Below are positions 1 to 9,152 of a stretch of 32,000 nt of DNA, one piece after another. Below the pieces are notes generated by a model. The model was not told where the DNA came from, made no database searches, and saw only the letters and a program-made list of their open reading frames with translations. Each line of letters starts with the position of its first letter. Position 1 is the first letter of the stretch. A program made the translations under genes and the position numbers. Origin of the DNA: Microcystis aeruginosa NIES-2549 (GTDB lineage Bacteria; Cyanobacteriota; Cyanobacteriia; Cyanobacteriales; Microcystaceae); the NCBI RefSeq assembly GCF_000981785.2, contig NZ_CP011304.1, forward strand, positions 1,080,001 through 1,112,000, written 5' to 3'.

Positions 1-1247
1 TTACTGGTGGGGATAGTGGTATTGCGATCGATAATTTTGGTAAAGACTTCGCCGAGGGTTTCAATGCCGAGGGAAAGGGGGGTGACATCGAGTAGGAGGA
101 TATCTTCTACTTCTCCACCTAAAACTCCGGCTTGAATCGCTGCCCCCAAAGCAACGGCCTCATCGGGGTTAACAGAGCGATCGATCTGGCCGGTAGAAAA
201 GAAACGGGAGATTAATTCTTGCACGGCGGGGATTCTGGTGGAACCACCAACGAGAATGACCCGATTGATATCGCTAGGCTGCAGTCCGCTATCTTTGAGG
301 GACTGTTGTACGGGTTCGAGGGTTTTTTCCACTAATTCTCTGGTTAATTCCTCGAATTTAGCGCGAGTTAGTTCTAATTCTAGGTGTTTAGGGCCAGTTT
401 CGTCGGCGGCGATGAAGGGGAGATTGATCGAGGTGGTAATCATGCTAGAAAGCTCGATTTTGGCTTTTTCGGCGGCTTCTCGCAGTCTTTGGATCGCCAT
501 GCGATCGCTGGTTAAATCGATGTTTTCTTGGCTTTGAAAGTTCTCCACCAGCCACCGCACTAAGAGGTTATCAAAATCGTCCCCCCCAAGATGGTTATTG
601 CCGGCCGTGGCTTTCACTTCAAAGACCCCCTTCCCCAGTCTCAGGATGGAAACGTCGAAGGTTCCTCCCCCCAGGTCAAAAACGAGGATATGTTGATCTT
701 CGTTTTGTTTATCTAAACCGTAGGCCAGGGCGGCGGCGGTGGGTTCGTTAATAATTCTTAATACTTCTAGTCCTGCGATCATGCCCGCGTCTTTAGTGGC
801 TTGACGTTGGGCATCGGTAAAATAGGCGGGAACTGTAATCACGGCCTCGTTAATCGGTTCTCCCAGATAGGCCTCGGCATCGGCCTTTAATTTTTGCAGG
901 ATCATGGCCGAGATTTCTTGGGGAGTAAATTCCCGATCACGAATTTTGATATTGACGGTATCATCGCGACCGCGTTGGCAATGATAGGCAACTCGTCCCC
1001 TTTCTGCCTCCGTGTCTTGCCAACGCCTACCGATAAAGCGTTTGATGCTATAGACGGTATTTTCGGCATTAGTTACCGCTTGACGTTTGGCCAGTTGTCC
1101 CACTAGGCGCTGGGCCTTGCCGAATCCCACGATACTAGGAGTTGTTCTTCCCCCTTCGGAGTTGGGAACTATAATCGGCTGACCTCCCTCGAGTACGGCA
1201 ATGCAACTGTTGGTTGTCCCTAAGTCGATGCCGATGACTTTTCCCAT
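1..1247 (-). CDS. dnaK: Hsp70 chaperone DnaK paralogue; N-terminal ~415 codons, 3' end runs off the window
   Basis: ATG at 1247-1245. The reverse strand reads [22 protein letters not shown]...[14 protein letters not shown]...[14 protein letters not shown]..., which are classic Hsp70 signatures. The frame is open to position 1. It is absent from the ORF track because there is no stop in the window. Confidence 0.95.
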   Translation of the reverse strand, partial: MGKVIGIDLGTTNSCIAVLEGGQPIIVPNSEGGRTTPSIVGFGKAQRLVGQLAKRQAVTNAENTVYSIKRFIGRRWQDTEAERGRVAYHCQRGRDDTVNIKIRDREFTPQEISAMILQKLKADAEAYLGEPINEAVITVPAYFTDAQRQATKDAGMIAGLEVLRIINEPTAAALAYGLDKQNEDQHILVFDLGGGTFDVSILRLGKGVFEVKATAGNNHLGGDDFDNLLVRWLVENFQSQENIDLTSDRMAIQRLREAAEKAKIELSSMITTSINLPFIAADETGPKHLELELTRAKFEELTRELVEKTLEPVQQSLKDSGLQPSDINRVILVGGSTRIPAVQELISRFFSTGQIDRSVNPDEAVALGAAIQAGVLGGEVEDILLLDVTPLSLGIETLGEVFTKIIDRNTTIPTS

Positions 1248-1607
1248 GACGCTCTAATAATAACGATAGTTAATAGGATACGATCGCTGACAAAAATTAT
1301 CCCCAAATTAGAAACGGGCTTTTTACCTCGTCTAATCTTGCCTCGGATGAAAGCTGGTAGTTTTCCTCCGAGGCTAACAAAACTTGTCGGTAAAGTCCGC
1401 AAGCCCGCCCGGATCGGTGTGGTAGACCATATATCAAGAGTAACCCAAAACCAGGAATTTTGCTCATGCTTCTAGCCCCTATTCCGCACTTTGTTTTGTA
1501 GTATAAAAAAATTACCCTTTTGGGGATTTGGCGATCGCTAGTAAGATCAAATCCGTTTTTAATACTATGATTAATACTAAATCTGGTTATTAAAAACTGA
1601 TTATCTA

Positions 1608-1644
1608 TTGCTCCTTTTGCCTATTGCCTATTGCCTTTTGCCTG
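1608..1644. repeat. heptamer short tandem repeat, TTGCCTN x4-5
   Basis: Direct reading: ttgctcc..ttgccta ttgccta ttgcctt ttgcctg, in the dnaK/adhA intergenic region. Confidence 0.7.
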
Positions 1645-1819
1645 TCCTGATATGTAGCTTATACTCAACGGATTTAGTATAACTCCCAAGTTATGGATTG
1701 TTTCCCCCCGCTCCGGTGTTTCCCACTTTCCTATACCTTTTAAACAGGATTTAGTGCAAGCCATACTCAGATAAATTTAGGATAAGATAAGCAATAAACC
1801 GATCCTAGAGGACTTAATC

Positions 1820-2824
1820 ATGATTAGAGCCTATGCTGCCCGAGAAAAAGGGGGGAAACTAGAGCCTTTTGACTACGATCCGGGTATATTAGGGGATGAA
1901 GATGTGGAAATCGAGGTGGAATATTGCGGCATCTGCCACAGTGACCTAAGTATGCTCGATAACGATTGGGGACTGACCACCTATCCCTTTGTCCCCGGTC
2001 ATGAAGTGGTCGGCACGATCGCCGCTCTTGGTGCTAAAGTCAAAGAATTAAACCTAGGGCAAAGAGTCGGTCTGGGTTGGTTTTCCCGTTCCTGTTCCAC
2101 CTGTGAAACTTGTATGTCGGGGGATCAAAACCTTTGTGCCACTGCCGAAGGAACTATCGTCGGTCGCCATGGCGGTTTTGCCGAAAGAGTCCGCGCTCAT
2201 CATAGTTGGTTAGTTCCCCTGGGGAACCAGTTAGATGCTGCCAAAGCTGGCCCGCTTTTTTGTGGTGGTATTACCGTCTTTAATCCCATTGTCCAATTTA
2301 ATATTAAACCCACGGCCCGAGTTGGTGTCATTGGTATTGGTGGATTAGGCCATATAGCCTTAAAATTCCTCAAAGCTTGGGGCTGCGAAGTAACCGCTTT
2401 TTCCAGTAGTCCCGATAAAGAAGCGGAGGCCAAAGAATTAGGCGCGACTCATTTTATCAATTCCAGAGACCCCGAAGCTTTGCAATCGGTACAAAATTAC
2501 TTTGATTTTATCATCTCTACTGTTAACGTTAATCTCGATTGGGGTCTTTATATTGCCTGTTTACGTCCCAAAGGTCGTCTGCATATTGTTGGGGCTGTTC
2601 TTGAACCGATGAATACCTATGCTTTTCCCTTGATTATGGGTCAAAAATCGATTTCTGGCAGTCCTTTGGGTAGTCCCAGTACCATCAATAAAATGATCGA
2701 ATTTGCCTCTCGCCATGGCATTGAACCGGTGACAGAAACCTATCCTATCTCCCGGGTGAATGAGGCCATGGAAAAACTGAGAACCGGACAACCCAAATAT
2801 CGCCTTGTCTTGCAAATAAAATAA
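1820..2824 (+). CDS. adhA: Zn-dependent NADP alcohol/aldehyde dehydrogenase (AdhA / YahK-type medium-chain dehydrogenase)
   Basis: 334-aa ORF with the GICHSDL Zn motif, GHEVVG and the GIGGLGH Rossmann motif. From memory it is colinear with Synechocystis slr1192 AdhA. Confidence 0.9.
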   Translation: MIRAYAAREKGGKLEPFDYDPGILGDEDVEIEVEYCGICHSDLSMLDNDWGLTTYPFVPGHEVVGTIAALGAKVKELNLGQRVGLGWFSRSCSTCETCMSGDQNLCATAEGTIVGRHGGFAERVRAHHSWLVPLGNQLDAAKAGPLFCGGITVFNPIVQFNIKPTARVGVIGIGGLGHIALKFLKAWGCEVTAFSSSPDKEAEAKELGATHFINSRDPEALQSVQNYFDFIISTVNVNLDWGLYIACLRPKGRLHIVGAVLEPMNTYAFPLIMGQKSISGSPLGSPSTINKMIEFASRHGIEPVTETYPISRVNEAMEKLRTGQPKYRLVLQIK

Positions 2825-2858
2825 AACCATCTCTATCCCGGACGTAACCCCTATCTCT

Positions 2859-2900
2859 AAAAACCGAAAACCCACACCTTCCGCTCTCGGTTTGTGTGGG
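2859..2900 (-). terminator. intrinsic terminator candidate downstream of gifA
   Basis: The minus strand reads CCCACAC-aaa-CCG-agag-CGG-aag-GTGTGGG followed by TTTTCGGTTTTT. It lies 58 nt after the gifA stop. Confidence 0.5.
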
Positions 2901-2957
2901 CTGATTGTTCACTTAATTCTAAGATTGAAAGCGTACACTTTGGCGAAATCTAAGAGC

Positions 2958-3158
2958 CTAACTCAGAGTAGCACCAGAGCGATCATAAGTTTGGGAAGAA
3001 AAGTCGGCCGCGAAGCGACGTTGAACGGTTTCTCCGCAACCATTGTCATTGTCAATACCGATTTCAGAAGCACTTCTGTCTAACATCGATTGTTGACGAT
3101 TTTTGACGGCGTGGTGGTGACGCATCATTAAGGCACGAGCTTGTTGTTCTGTAGACAT
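2958..3158 (-). CDS. gifA: glutamine synthetase inactivating factor IF7
   Basis: The 66-aa product is MSTEQQARALMMRHHHAVKNRQQSMLDRSASEIG...TYDRSGATLS. From memory it matches Synechocystis IF7 (MSTQQQARALMMRHH..KNRQQSML...TYDRSNASLS). GGAGG at 3171-3167 sits 8 nt before the ATG at 3158. The ORF-track start at 3206 lacks an RBS and adds 16 unrelated residues. Confidence 0.85.
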   Translation of the reverse strand: MSTEQQARALMMRHHHAVKNRQQSMLDRSASEIGIDNDNGCGETVQRRFAADFSSQTYDRSGATLS

Positions 3159-3233
3159 AATCATTTCCTCCGAGCTGCAAATCGCATTTTGAACTTTTTT
3201 AATCACCCATTAATATATATAACATACAATTCT

Positions 3234-3247
3234 GTATCTATTTTTAC
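3234..3247 (-). promoter_or_regulatory. NtcA-type operator GTA-N8-TAC upstream of gifA
   Basis: Exact GTATCTATTTTTAC. On the gifA strand it is followed after 12 nt by TATATA (3221-3216). That places the site around the -35 region, as described for the NtcA-repressed gif promoters of Synechocystis. Confidence 0.6.
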
Positions 3248-3359
3248 AAAATGCTCTAATCCCAGAAAAATTAACAAAACTTTACAATAGGAGGCAGAAG
3301 GCAGCTTTTATTTATTATCCCCACATCCCATATCTCACACCCCAAGACATCAATCGCCC

Positions 3360-3986
3360 TCAGACCTTAATCGAACTAGGTTCATCGACGGCGGCGATAA
3401 TGCGATGACAACCGGAAAAGGGTTGCGCCCATTGATACTGGTGTTCTAAAGGATTACCCCAACAGAGGCCGAGATATAATTCCGTGCGCGCCACATCTAA
3501 TTCCGCCCATTCGGACTGGGCAACTAATTCGGCGAGAGAATCGGCAGAAATGGGACGACGGGAGTTAAGCGCCCACCAAAAATTCATATTAGGGGTGATA
3601 CTGTTCCAAAACTCTAAAACGGAGGCTTTGGCAGCCATGAGAATTTCCTTGTCACCTGCCACGGCAACTAATTGATTATGAATTTCGGGATAACGGAGAG
3701 TGCGATCGCCCCATTGACAAACACGCCAGATAATGCCCGAAACCTGATATTTTTGTTGATAATCGTGAACTTGGCGGCGAAAATCCTGATAGGCGAAGAC
3801 TTTGCCCACCTTTTCTAGATTGATCGCCTTGGCAATCACCGGATTATCAATGCGCTCCGCCGGAGAGAGTAACAGACGTTCCCCTTTGCAAGTGGCGTGC
3901 ATTTCTCGCTCGAGGATTTCAATTAACTGCTGTGTCGAGTAAGCCATACTACCGCTCTTACCTGAGAGAGGATTTCTTTTTATCAT
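3360..3986 (-). CDS. conserved hypothetical protein, soluble, no family recognised
   Basis: 208-aa ORF with normal codon usage. An alternative ATG at 3947 (MAYSTQQLIEILE...) may be the true start. Confidence 0.6.
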   Translation of the reverse strand: MIKRNPLSGKSGSMAYSTQQLIEILEREMHATCKGERLLLSPAERIDNPVIAKAINLEKVGKVFAYQDFRRQVHDYQQKYQVSGIIWRVCQWGDRTLRYPEIHNQLVAVAGDKEILMAAKASVLEFWNSITPNMNFWWALNSRRPISADSLAELVAQSEWAELDVARTELYLGLCWGNPLEHQYQWAQPFSGCHRIIAAVDEPSSIKV

Positions 3987-4149
3987 AAACTCGAATTTCC
4001 GTAGTGGAAAGGCTCGATCGCTAGAAAATTGTCAATCATCGGAAATATTGGCAGTATACCCCTTGATACTTATCGGCGAAACAACCCTCAAAACACCGGA
4101 ATTGACAGGGAGAGAAGACAGTCTAACTGCTAGGTTTTACATCGGTTAC

Positions 4150-4285
4150 TTTTTTTCTGGTCCAGAGGGCGAGAATTGTCAGGAAAAGTTAACCCATCAC
4201 TCCCCCTCAAGGATTTTTATCGATTCCAGTTAATCGATCGGAAACCGTACAAGTGTATTTAATTAACAGTCCGACGTTTAATTTA
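4150..4285 (-). pseudogene. decayed copy of the 3' end of the CPBP protease gene
   Basis: Aligns by eye with 9161-9297, for example gcgagaattgtcaggaaaa..aacccatcactcc..ggatttttatcgattccagtta..gtgtatttaattaac. No ORF is retained. Confidence 0.7.
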
Positions 4286-4884
4286 TCTTACTATTCCCCT
4301 GTTCTATTGCTCGCAGTCTTATTAAAATTTTTGATTGTGTTGGGTCATTGCTAATTTTATTAATATCTTCATCAGTAAAACCCCTAGTAAATAATAACCA
4401 TATTAATGGCTCTTCCAGAGTATTTATGATATTTTAGCAGAAAATAATCCACGCAAGCCTTGCCAAGTAAAGTTCACCAGAATTCAAAAAAGCAATTTTA
4501 ATAAAAAAAGCTTTTTGCTTGGTTGGATTCCAGCCTATTTAAGGGGTTAGGCTCATTTAAACTACTAATTTGCTATAACCAGTCTAGGAGAGCCATGTTA
4601 ATTTTTCTCTCTTATGCTTGTCGCTAAATTCTCCCGCGATGATAGCGTCTAATCTTCCTAGATAGTTCTATCGCGTTCTTTCTGGTGCATATCTTCCGAT
4701 TAATTGTTGGATGTATTCCCGAATACTACCTAGTTGAAAATCAATAAATTGAGGAATGATAGAATTATATAGACTGGGTTTATTCTGTAGCAGTTTCTTT
4801 TCTCAAGGATCGAGAATGGATATTTAAAATTACTTGGACAACTCTAATATCTTATTAATAGACTGGAGACAGCAGTAATTGTCC

Positions 4885-5391
4885 GTAGGCTACGAACCCA
4901 ATCACTACAATTTAATTCCTCGGATAATGATACCCAGATTCCTTCACTTCCCCGTGACTAAAATAGGGAGAATATGTCAGGAATATTGAAGAATTAACTA
5001 CTGACAACAGGAGAGGAATTAACCTGTGTTTTTTTTGACGTAAAACAATTACTTGCATATAATAGAGGAGATTGCCAATCATTAGCCAGAGAATTAAACT
5101 AAAAATAAAGGTAATCACCGTGACTATAATCCATCGAAAAAATCGAACAGTGACTTGTATATATGGGACTATATTGTATTAATTTAAGTCAGAATTATCT
5201 TAGATGTTGGCTGCTAAATCATCCCACAGCTATCGTTCACAAAAACCACAAAAAAACTCTACTAAAATTGCTCCATTGGCTCATCAATTACTTTAGTTTT
5301 AATTAAAATTAATTCTCCCAATAAGACAATCATGCCACTAATGCCAGCGAGGATAATAGCTGATTTGATATTAACATCACCTGAGGATGCC
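4885..5391 (-). pseudogene. decayed copy of the last third of the ammonium transporter gene
   Basis: Colinear by eye with 7585-8095. The Trp codon TGG at 7649-7647 of amt is TAG (4960-4958) in this copy, and there are indels. Track ORF 4912-5118 is only the residual open stretch (..FSLILWLMIGNLLYYMQVIVLRQK..). Confidence 0.85.
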
Positions 5392-5661
5392 GTCATGGGG
5401 GCATCTCATTTTTATAAATCTACTAAGTTGGAATTTTTAAAGAGAAACTCTCCGCTAAAATTGGCCGTTAGTTGAGATTTTATCAATCAATCCCAGCTTT
5501 TGGGAGGTATAACCCCCAAACCCCAGAGCGCATTAATTTTTCCATGAGATGCTCACAGGCAGTTGTTGATGTATTTATAATGATTAAAGAGTCCCTGATA
5601 TATTTACTGAAAAACTGGGCAATCTAGGACTAGACAGCATCGTGATAAAGGGGATAAGACC

Positions 5662-7560
5662 TTGGACTCCGCTAACGATCAGAAAATTCTCGGCTATTTC
5701 ATCGAAGAAGCAAAAGAACACCTGGAAACTTTGGAACAGGGGATTTTAGACTTAGGCAATCTAGTGAACAACAATGAACAGATGAACGGGATGTTTCGTG
5801 CCGCTCATTCCGTCAAGGCAGGGGCGGCCATGTTAGGCTATAGCAGTATCCAAAAAACTGCTCACCGTCTTGAGGATGCTTTCACAATATTGAAAGAAAA
5901 TCCCCTAGAAGTGGATCAAAAATTAGAGTCTTTGTTGCTCAAGAGTTATGATCTGCTTCAGATATTGATCGATAAGCTGCAGAGTCCCTTGGGTTTGCAA
6001 GCCGAGGAAGCTGACGCGATCATTAAAAACGGTGAAGCTACTTTTGCCGAATTACAGGCCCATCTTAACTATCTTCTCGGCCGGGGAAAATCTACCCCAG
6101 CTATTGCGGCGGCCTCTTCTATTTCTATCAGCGTTAGAGATATCCTCAAACAGATGTTACAACTGTTTAAACAGGAAGAAACCAGCGCTTCCCGTCAGCA
6201 ATTACAAAAATTAATTTTATCTCTGTCTCAATTGGCTTCAGAACAGCAACAATGGCAATATTTAGTTAAAAATGCCCAATCGGCCCTGGCTAACCCCAAA
6301 CATTCCTATCGTACTCTCGCTCCGGTTATTATTAGGGAATTAAAACAAGCCGGTGATTTATTAGAATGGGGTCGCGGGGAAGAAATCACCGTCAGTCAAG
6401 AATTGCAATTATTAGCCGCCGCCAAATTACCACAAATCCTGATTAACCCAGAAGCGGAATTGGTAGCTAGTACCCCGGAACTTCTTCCCGATCAAGATTT
6501 AGAAGAAGCTTTAACTTGGAGTCAAAATCAGGACCTTAATGGGTCGGAAAAGCCTTCTTTAGAGTTAAGTCAAATCCCAGGCAGGCGAAAAGCACAGATA
6601 GCAAGTCAAAGGGAAGCATATCAACTGGCTGAAGAAAAATTAACGCCCGAATTTGAGGAAAACCAACGAGCAACTTTAATTGAGGAAACTTTAGCTTGGA
6701 CAGGGGGTAACTTGGAGTTAACCGAAATAGTTATTCGTTTGCTAATCGACAATAAAAACGAGTTACGCGAAGGACAAGAAAAACCAAGAATTGAACAATT
6801 AATTCAGAAACATATTGTAGAAAATTGGTTACAAAATAAAGCGGCAGTCCATCTCCAGACAATACAAAACAGTCTCTTAAATTCTGATGCAAATGTTAGG
6901 TCAAGATTAGAAACCTATCAGGATATTTTGCAGGGGAGAGTATTGGCTAATAATAAACCCGAAAAATTGGACCTTCAGCAAGCAGAATTAGTTATTAAAA
7001 ATGGTGACTATCTAGAAGTTACTAATCGAATTTATCAAGAGGTATTTAATGTTCAATGGATCAAACAAGAATTAGAAAAATTAGTTAATGTGGAAAATTC
7101 TCCTGCTAATTTAACTAAGATATTATCTTTCTTGGCACTATTAGCCTTTCTTGGATTTACTTTTTGGTCATTAAAAACTCCTGAAAATGCTCCTAATGTG
7201 ATGGCACCACCTCCAGAAATTTGTGATAAACGAGATTTTAATATTAGCTTAGAAAAGAATATTCAACAACTGCAAGAATTGAAACGGAAACAAGGTAATC
7301 AGTTTTCTGACAAGTGTGGGACTCAATTAAATGAATTAATGTTAATTCAGCAAGCAATAGGACTAGCTGCCGATAATTTTGTGGCTAATGTGCCGGGTAG
7401 AGAAGGTGGTTTTGAAATTTTGTGCAAAATCCCCCCAACTTCCCATAACTTTAAAGACGCTCAATATTGGGCAAAACGTTGGTATAATGACAGAGCTTGG
7501 AAATCGGATATCGATCGAGCTTTGCAAGATAATCCAGATTGCCAAAAACTTATTAAATAA
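5662..7560 (+). CDS. single-pass membrane mosaic protein: N-terminal Hpt domain, STAND/AAA-like C-terminal helical module, TM helix, Cys-containing tail
   Basis: 1.9-kb open frame in AT-rich DNA. There is no in-frame ATG before codon 41, so the TTG at 5662 is taken from the ORF track and the start is uncertain. Residues 1-110 (ILGYFIEEAKEHLETLEQGILDL..FRAAHSVKAGAAMLG) are Hpt/CheA-P1-like, with His49 at 5806-5808. Residues ~345-478 (LAWTGGNLELTE..VTNRIYQEVFNVQWIKQELEKL) resemble the C-terminal part of cyanobacterial AAA-like NTPases. A hydrophobic helix ILSFLALLAFLGFTFWSL lies at 7120-7173. The ~125-aa tail contains 4 Cys. Confidence 0.75.
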   Translation: MDSANDQKILGYFIEEAKEHLETLEQGILDLGNLVNNNEQMNGMFRAAHSVKAGAAMLGYSSIQKTAHRLEDAFTILKENPLEVDQKLESLLLKSYDLLQILIDKLQSPLGLQAEEADAIIKNGEATFAELQAHLNYLLGRGKSTPAIAAASSISISVRDILKQMLQLFKQEETSASRQQLQKLILSLSQLASEQQQWQYLVKNAQSALANPKHSYRTLAPVIIRELKQAGDLLEWGRGEEITVSQELQLLAAAKLPQILINPEAELVASTPELLPDQDLEEALTWSQNQDLNGSEKPSLELSQIPGRRKAQIASQREAYQLAEEKLTPEFEENQRATLIEETLAWTGGNLELTEIVIRLLIDNKNELREGQEKPRIEQLIQKHIVENWLQNKAAVHLQTIQNSLLNSDANVRSRLETYQDILQGRVLANNKPEKLDLQQAELVIKNGDYLEVTNRIYQEVFNVQWIKQELEKLVNVENSPANLTKILSFLALLAFLGFTFWSLKTPENAPNVMAPPPEICDKRDFNISLEKNIQQLQELKRKQGNQFSDKCGTQLNELMLIQQAIGLAADNFVANVPGREGGFEILCKIPPTSHNFKDAQYWAKRWYNDRAWKSDIDRALQDNPDCQKLIK

Positions 7561-7571
7561 ACATCAATTTT

Positions 7572-9089
7572 TCAATCACTAAACACCCCATCACTACCAT
7601 TTAATTCCTCGGATAATGATACCCGGATTCCTTCCCTTCCCCGTGACCAAAATAGGGAGAATATGTCAGTAATATTGAAGGTTTGACTCCCGACAACAGA
7701 AGAGGAATTAAGCTGTGGGTTTTTTTGACGTAAAACAATTATTTGCATATAATAGAGGAGATTGCCAATAATTAACCAGAGAATTAAACTAAAAATAACA
7801 GTAAATGCCATGACTATAATCCATCCAAAAAATTGAAAAGCGACCTGAGATATAGGACTATCCCTTGTTAATCCATTGGCGAATTCTCCCGCATCTTTGC
7901 TACTAAATAAACCCACCGCTATTGTTCCCCAGAAACCACAAAAAAGATGTACTGGAATTGCTCCCACTGGATCATCAATTACTTTAGTTTTAATTAAAAA
8001 TTCTCCTCCAAATAAGACAATAATGCCACTAATGCCACCAATGATAATAGATGATTTGATGTTAACATAACCTGAGGATGCCGTGATCCCCACTAATCCT
8101 CCTAAAATGCCATTAATAATTGTGGATAAACTGGCTTTGCGGCCAATTAAAGGATTAAAAATTAATGCCAAAAATCCCCCAGTGGCAGCGGCAATCATCG
8201 TGGTAGTAATTGTTATGGGGACATCATTCAAATTTACCGCCGAACCACCATTAAAACCAAACCATCCTAACCAAAGAATGAAACAACCAAGAGTGGCAAA
8301 ACCTAACTGATGGGGGGCAAAATTTCCCCTTTCTTTTGCTTCATAACGATCGGTTTTGCGATTATAACCAAAGCGTCCATCTCTCGGTTTTAGTAACCAA
8401 GCACCCACTAATCCGGCCATTCCTCCCACCGAATGCACCACCGTTGAACCAGCAAAATCTCGAAACTTAAATAAGTTATATAACCATCCTTCCGATGACC
8501 AAATCCAATGTCCAGTAATAGAATAAGAAAAAGCGACTAAAAAGAAACTAAATAGCAAAAATGCCCAAAATTTAACCCTTTCTGCCACTGCTCCCGATAC
8601 AATAGTCGCCGCAGTTCCCGCAAAAGTTAATTGAAAGAAAAATAAAGTGGCAATTGAACGACCTGTCCACACCTCTTGGAATTGACTGTATTGATTATTG
8701 GGGGTTAAAATTTCCAAGAAAAATCCTGTACCACCAGAGAAACTATTTTTTAGTGCAGATGTATTACCAAACATTAAACCGAAACCAAACATCCAATAAG
8801 CCAAGGCAGAAACACAGAAGACAATTAGGTTTTTAGCTAAGATATTAGTGGCGTTATTAGTACGACAAAAACCCGTTTCCAGCAGGGCAAAACCCGCATT
8901 CATAAAGAATACTAAAGAGCCGGCTATTAACATCCAGAGATTAGCAACTAAATCCACAGTAGAATTATTTAAATCTTGTGCTGTGACTTTGCCTACACCG
9001 ATCAATAGCATGACGATAAGAGAGAAACAAAAAGATAGGATATTACGCAAACGCGGGCGATATTCTAGAAAAGATAATAATCGATTCAT
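7572..9089 (-). CDS. amt: ammonium transporter (Amt family)
   Basis: 505-aa polytopic membrane ORF with AGFALLETGF..NILAKN and HSVGGMAGLVGA motifs and a C-terminal GIRVS..EEL tail. Confidence 0.93.
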   Translation of the reverse strand: MNRLLSFLEYRPRLRNILSFCFSLIVMLLIGVGKVTAQDLNNSTVDLVANLWMLIAGSLVFFMNAGFALLETGFCRTNNATNILAKNLIVFCVSALAYWMFGFGLMFGNTSALKNSFSGGTGFFLEILTPNNQYSQFQEVWTGRSIATLFFFQLTFAGTAATIVSGAVAERVKFWAFLLFSFFLVAFSYSITGHWIWSSEGWLYNLFKFRDFAGSTVVHSVGGMAGLVGAWLLKPRDGRFGYNRKTDRYEAKERGNFAPHQLGFATLGCFILWLGWFGFNGGSAVNLNDVPITITTTMIAAATGGFLALIFNPLIGRKASLSTIINGILGGLVGITASSGYVNIKSSIIIGGISGIIVLFGGEFLIKTKVIDDPVGAIPVHLFCGFWGTIAVGLFSSKDAGEFANGLTRDSPISQVAFQFFGWIIVMAFTVIFSLILWLIIGNLLYYMQIIVLRQKNPQLNSSSVVGSQTFNITDIFSLFWSRGREGIRVSLSEELNGSDGVFSD

Positions 9090-9152
9090 GGGGTATAGCT
9101 ATGATGGGCAATTTCCCCTTTATAGTAATTGATTTAATCGCTTATCGTTCAC

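Noticed and set aside
238-1402. Track ORFs 238-537 (+), 894-1106 (+) and 1220-1402 (-).
   Set aside because: They lie antisense to, or overlap, the strongly supported dnaK reading frame. Their composition (Ser/Leu/Arg-rich) is typical of the wrong frame, and none has an RBS.
1250-1420. Searched the dnaK upstream region for a CIRCE (HrcA) operator.
   Set aside because: No TTAGCACTC-N9-GAGTGCTAA-like inverted repeat is present.
1549-1680. MITE-like inverted repeats: AAATCCGTT/AACGGATTT and ATACTAAATC/GATTTAGTAT, around the heptamer STR.
   Set aside because: Inverted repeats of 9-10 bp within about 570 nt of AT-rich spacer are not statistically compelling. No target-site duplication or extended terminal repeats were seen.
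2861-2900. An apparent H-type pseudoknot: AAACCGA/TCGGTTT interleaved with CCCACAC/GTGTGGG.
   Set aside because: There is zero nucleotides between the third and fourth strands, so the two helices cannot coexist sterically. The simpler reading is a minus-strand terminator hairpin for gifA.
3159-3233. Looked for a glutamine riboswitch (glnA RNA motif), as found in front of some gif genes.
   Set aside because: The leader is short and AT-rich. It lacks the conserved CGUUC...GGAAGUAGG...GGAACG elements.
4290-4884. AT-rich ORF-free stretch with short translated snippets faintly reminiscent of RelE/HigB-type toxins.
   Set aside because: Stops occur in every frame and the resemblance rests on a few residues only. 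It cannot be supported without a profile search.
7876-9132. Plus-strand ORFs inside amt: 7876-8070, 8083-8310, 8654-8836 and 8848-9132.
   Set aside because: They are antisense shadows of a long membrane-protein gene with no independent support. The same applies to 2200-2433, 2561-2875, 13711-13902, 14292-14537, 17868-18050, 21953-22156, 22706-22948, 24449-24715, 25179-25472, 27158-27355 and 29069-29329.
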